This document shows positions 49,541 through 50,794 of a DNA stretch of 50,794 bases, in pieces; positions within the stretch are counted from its first letter, which is position 1, and every line of letters begins with the position of its first letter. The notes under the pieces are model-generated. The model did not search any database and was not told where the DNA came from. It saw only the letters and a list, made by a program, of their open reading frames with translations. A program made the translations under genes and the position numbers. Source of the DNA: Actinomycetota bacterium (GTDB lineage Bacteria; Actinomycetota; Thermoleophilia; Gaiellales; Gaiellaceae); the NCBI GenBank assembly GCA_046728735.1, contig JBKPFG010000122.1, positions 1 to 50,794 on the forward strand, given 5' to 3'.

Positions 49541-50776
49541 GTGGTAATCGGCCTCGTCGTGCTCGTGCTCCTTCTGGCCGCGGGTGCCGGCGCCGCCTGG
49601 TGGTGGAACAAGCGCGAGACGCAGGACGTGCGCGGGTCGTCGACGAGAGAGTTCGACACCACCGAGGTGGTGAGCACCCGCCCCGAAGAGGAGGTCGACA
49701 CCGAGCCCTGGCCCATCTACGGGCTGACCCCTGACCGGACGCGCAACGCCGTCGATTTCGACCATCGGCCGCCGTTCCGGCGCGTCTGGGTGGTCAAGGG
49801 ACGCGGTCTCCTCGAATTCCCTCCCGTGATCGCGTACGACCGCCTCTACTTCTCGAACGCGGTCGGGGTCTTCTCCGCCATCTCCGCGGAAACAGGCAAG
49901 CTGGTCTGGCGCCGGCGAATGGGCTACGTCACCGCGGCGTCGCCCGCGGTGGGCGATGGGATCGTCTACCAGCCCTTCATGAATCGCCTGGGCCAGGAGC
50001 GCGGCGCCTCCTCGGGCCTCGTCGTAGCGCTGGACGCCGAGACCGGCGACGAGCTGTGGCGCTTCAAGGCCGGAGCGGTCGAATCGTCTCCCTTGCTCGT
50101 GCAAGGAAGCCTCTACTTCGGGAGCTTCGACGGGAATGTCTACTCACTCGACGCGCGGACGGGGAAGGCTCGCTGGAAGTCCAAGACCGGGGGGCGCGTG
50201 AAGGGAGGGCCGGCGCTCTCGCACGGCGTCCTCTACACCGGCTCGTACGACGGAAAGGTCTATGCGTTGGACGCCGCGACCGGGCATCGACGCTGGGTTG
50301 CGAAAGGACAGAGCGGGCTCTTCGGGTCGGGCACCTTCTATGCCGGGCCCGCCGTTGCCTACGGGAGGGTCTTCATCGGGAACACCTCCGGCAAGGTCTA
50401 CGCGTTCGGGGCGAAGTCGGGCGACCTCCTGTGGTCGAAGACGACAGCGAATTACGTCTATTCGTCGGCGGCCGTGGACGATCGCCGGATCTTCGTGGGC
50501 TCCTACGACGGCCACTTCTACGCGCTCGACGCCGCGACCGGCGATGCCGCATGGAGCTTCGACGCCCGGGGTCAGATCTCGGGCTCGCCGACGATCATGG
50601 CGGGCGCGGTGTACTTCTCCACGCTCGCCGGCAAGACGTACGCGCTCGACACCCGCAACGGGAAGGTCGTGTGGACGTTCCCTGACGGCCGCTACACGCC
50701 GCTGGTCGCGGATTCGGAGCGAACGTACATCGTCGGCAGAGGCAAGATCTACGCCTTCACGGCGCGGAAGCCGTAG
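49541..50776 (+). CDS. Membrane-anchored PQQ-like beta-propeller repeat protein
   Basis: GTG start. The N-terminal TM is VIGLVVLVLLLAAGAGAAWWW. Eight or so blades follow (DGNVYSLDARTGKARW, DGKVYALDAATGHRRW, SGKVYAFGAKSGDLLW, DGHFYALDAATGDAAW, ...). Confidence 0.75.
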   Translation: MVIGLVVLVLLLAAGAGAAWWWNKRETQDVRGSSTREFDTTEVVSTRPEEEVDTEPWPIYGLTPDRTRNAVDFDHRPPFRRVWVVKGRGLLEFPPVIAYDRLYFSNAVGVFSAISAETGKLVWRRRMGYVTAASPAVGDGIVYQPFMNRLGQERGASSGLVVALDAETGDELWRFKAGAVESSPLLVQGSLYFGSFDGNVYSLDARTGKARWKSKTGGRVKGGPALSHGVLYTGSYDGKVYALDAATGHRRWVAKGQSGLFGSGTFYAGPAVAYGRVFIGNTSGKVYAFGAKSGDLLWSKTTANYVYSSAAVDDRRIFVGSYDGHFYALDAATGDAAWSFDARGQISGSPTIMAGAVYFSTLAGKTYALDTRNGKVVWTFPDGRYTPLVADSERTYIVGRGKIYAFTARKP

Positions 50777-50794
50777 GGGCTACGCGGCCTCGGC

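Noticed and set aside
1-50794. Search by eye for CRISPR arrays, tRNA/rRNA genes, IS elements, integrases, phage genes, toxin-antitoxin or defence-system genes, and long direct or inverted DNA repeats.
   Set aside because: I found none. There are no regularly spaced repeats, no cloverleaf-like GC/AT patterning in the few intergenic gaps, and no transposase/integrase/recombinase-like translations in any frame of the ORF track. Absence is based on visual inspection only and should be confirmed with tRNAscan-SE, Infernal, ISfinder and a defence-system finder.

Overview
This is a very GC-rich, tightly packed chromosomal segment with almost no intergenic DNA and many 4-nt GTGA/ATGA start/stop overlaps. 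It looks like a high-GC Gram-positive (Actinobacteria-like) organism, but the taxon is only a guess. I call 46 protein-coding genes. I saw no rRNA, tRNA, CRISPR array, transposase or integrase. All functional calls come from reading motifs in the supplied translations by eye; no database search was run. Start codons were re-picked by hand where the ORF track clearly over-extends.

Layout:
- (i) 1-6.5 kb: a small-molecule methyl/betaine-type neighbourhood. It holds a DAO-type flavoenzyme, a BHMT-like homocysteine S-methyltransferase, a histidine-ammonia-lyase homologue that lacks the Ala-Ser-Gly MIO triad, a MetE-C-terminal-domain protein, an ATP-grasp ligase and a DHA2-type MFS exporter.
- (ii) 6.5-9.1 kb: small hypothetical, coiled-coil and zinc-ribbon genes.
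- (iii) 9.1-48.0 kb: one very large cell-envelope glycopolymer super-cluster. It holds two TagF/TarF-type CDP-glycerol glycerophosphotransferases, about seven GT2 modules and one GT4. It also holds three sulfotransferase-family genes, a GtrA-family protein, a SAM methyltransferase, an O-antigen-ligase-like protein and a Wzx-type flippase. An ABC-2 exporter pair and a PglC-like priming transferase plus a PglD/NeuD-like acetyltransferase are present too.
- (iv) 48.1-50.8 kb: two tandem PQQ-like beta-propeller envelope proteins.

The most interesting candidates:
- (a) A UDP-sulfoquinovose-synthase (SqdB/SQD1/Agl3-like) gene closes an operon of two polyprenyl-phosphate-type GT2s and three large polytopic membrane proteins with GT-C-like acidic loop motifs. 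This suggests extracytoplasmic sulfoquinovosylation of a wall polymer.
- (b) A minus-strand operon encodes a glycerol-1-phosphate-dehydrogenase-like enzyme, a LicC/IPCT-like cytidylyltransferase and two CDP-alcohol phosphatidyltransferase-family membrane proteins, followed by a GT2 and the ABC exporter. This is a non-TagD route to a CDP-activated polyol phosphate.
- (c) Two families of unassigned paralogous polytopic membrane proteins.

Smaller anomalies:
- An epimerase gene whose Rossmann motif lies upstream of any canonical start codon.
- A TagF-like gene with a decapitated GT2 domain.
- A sulfotransferase paralogue with a degenerate PAPS loop.
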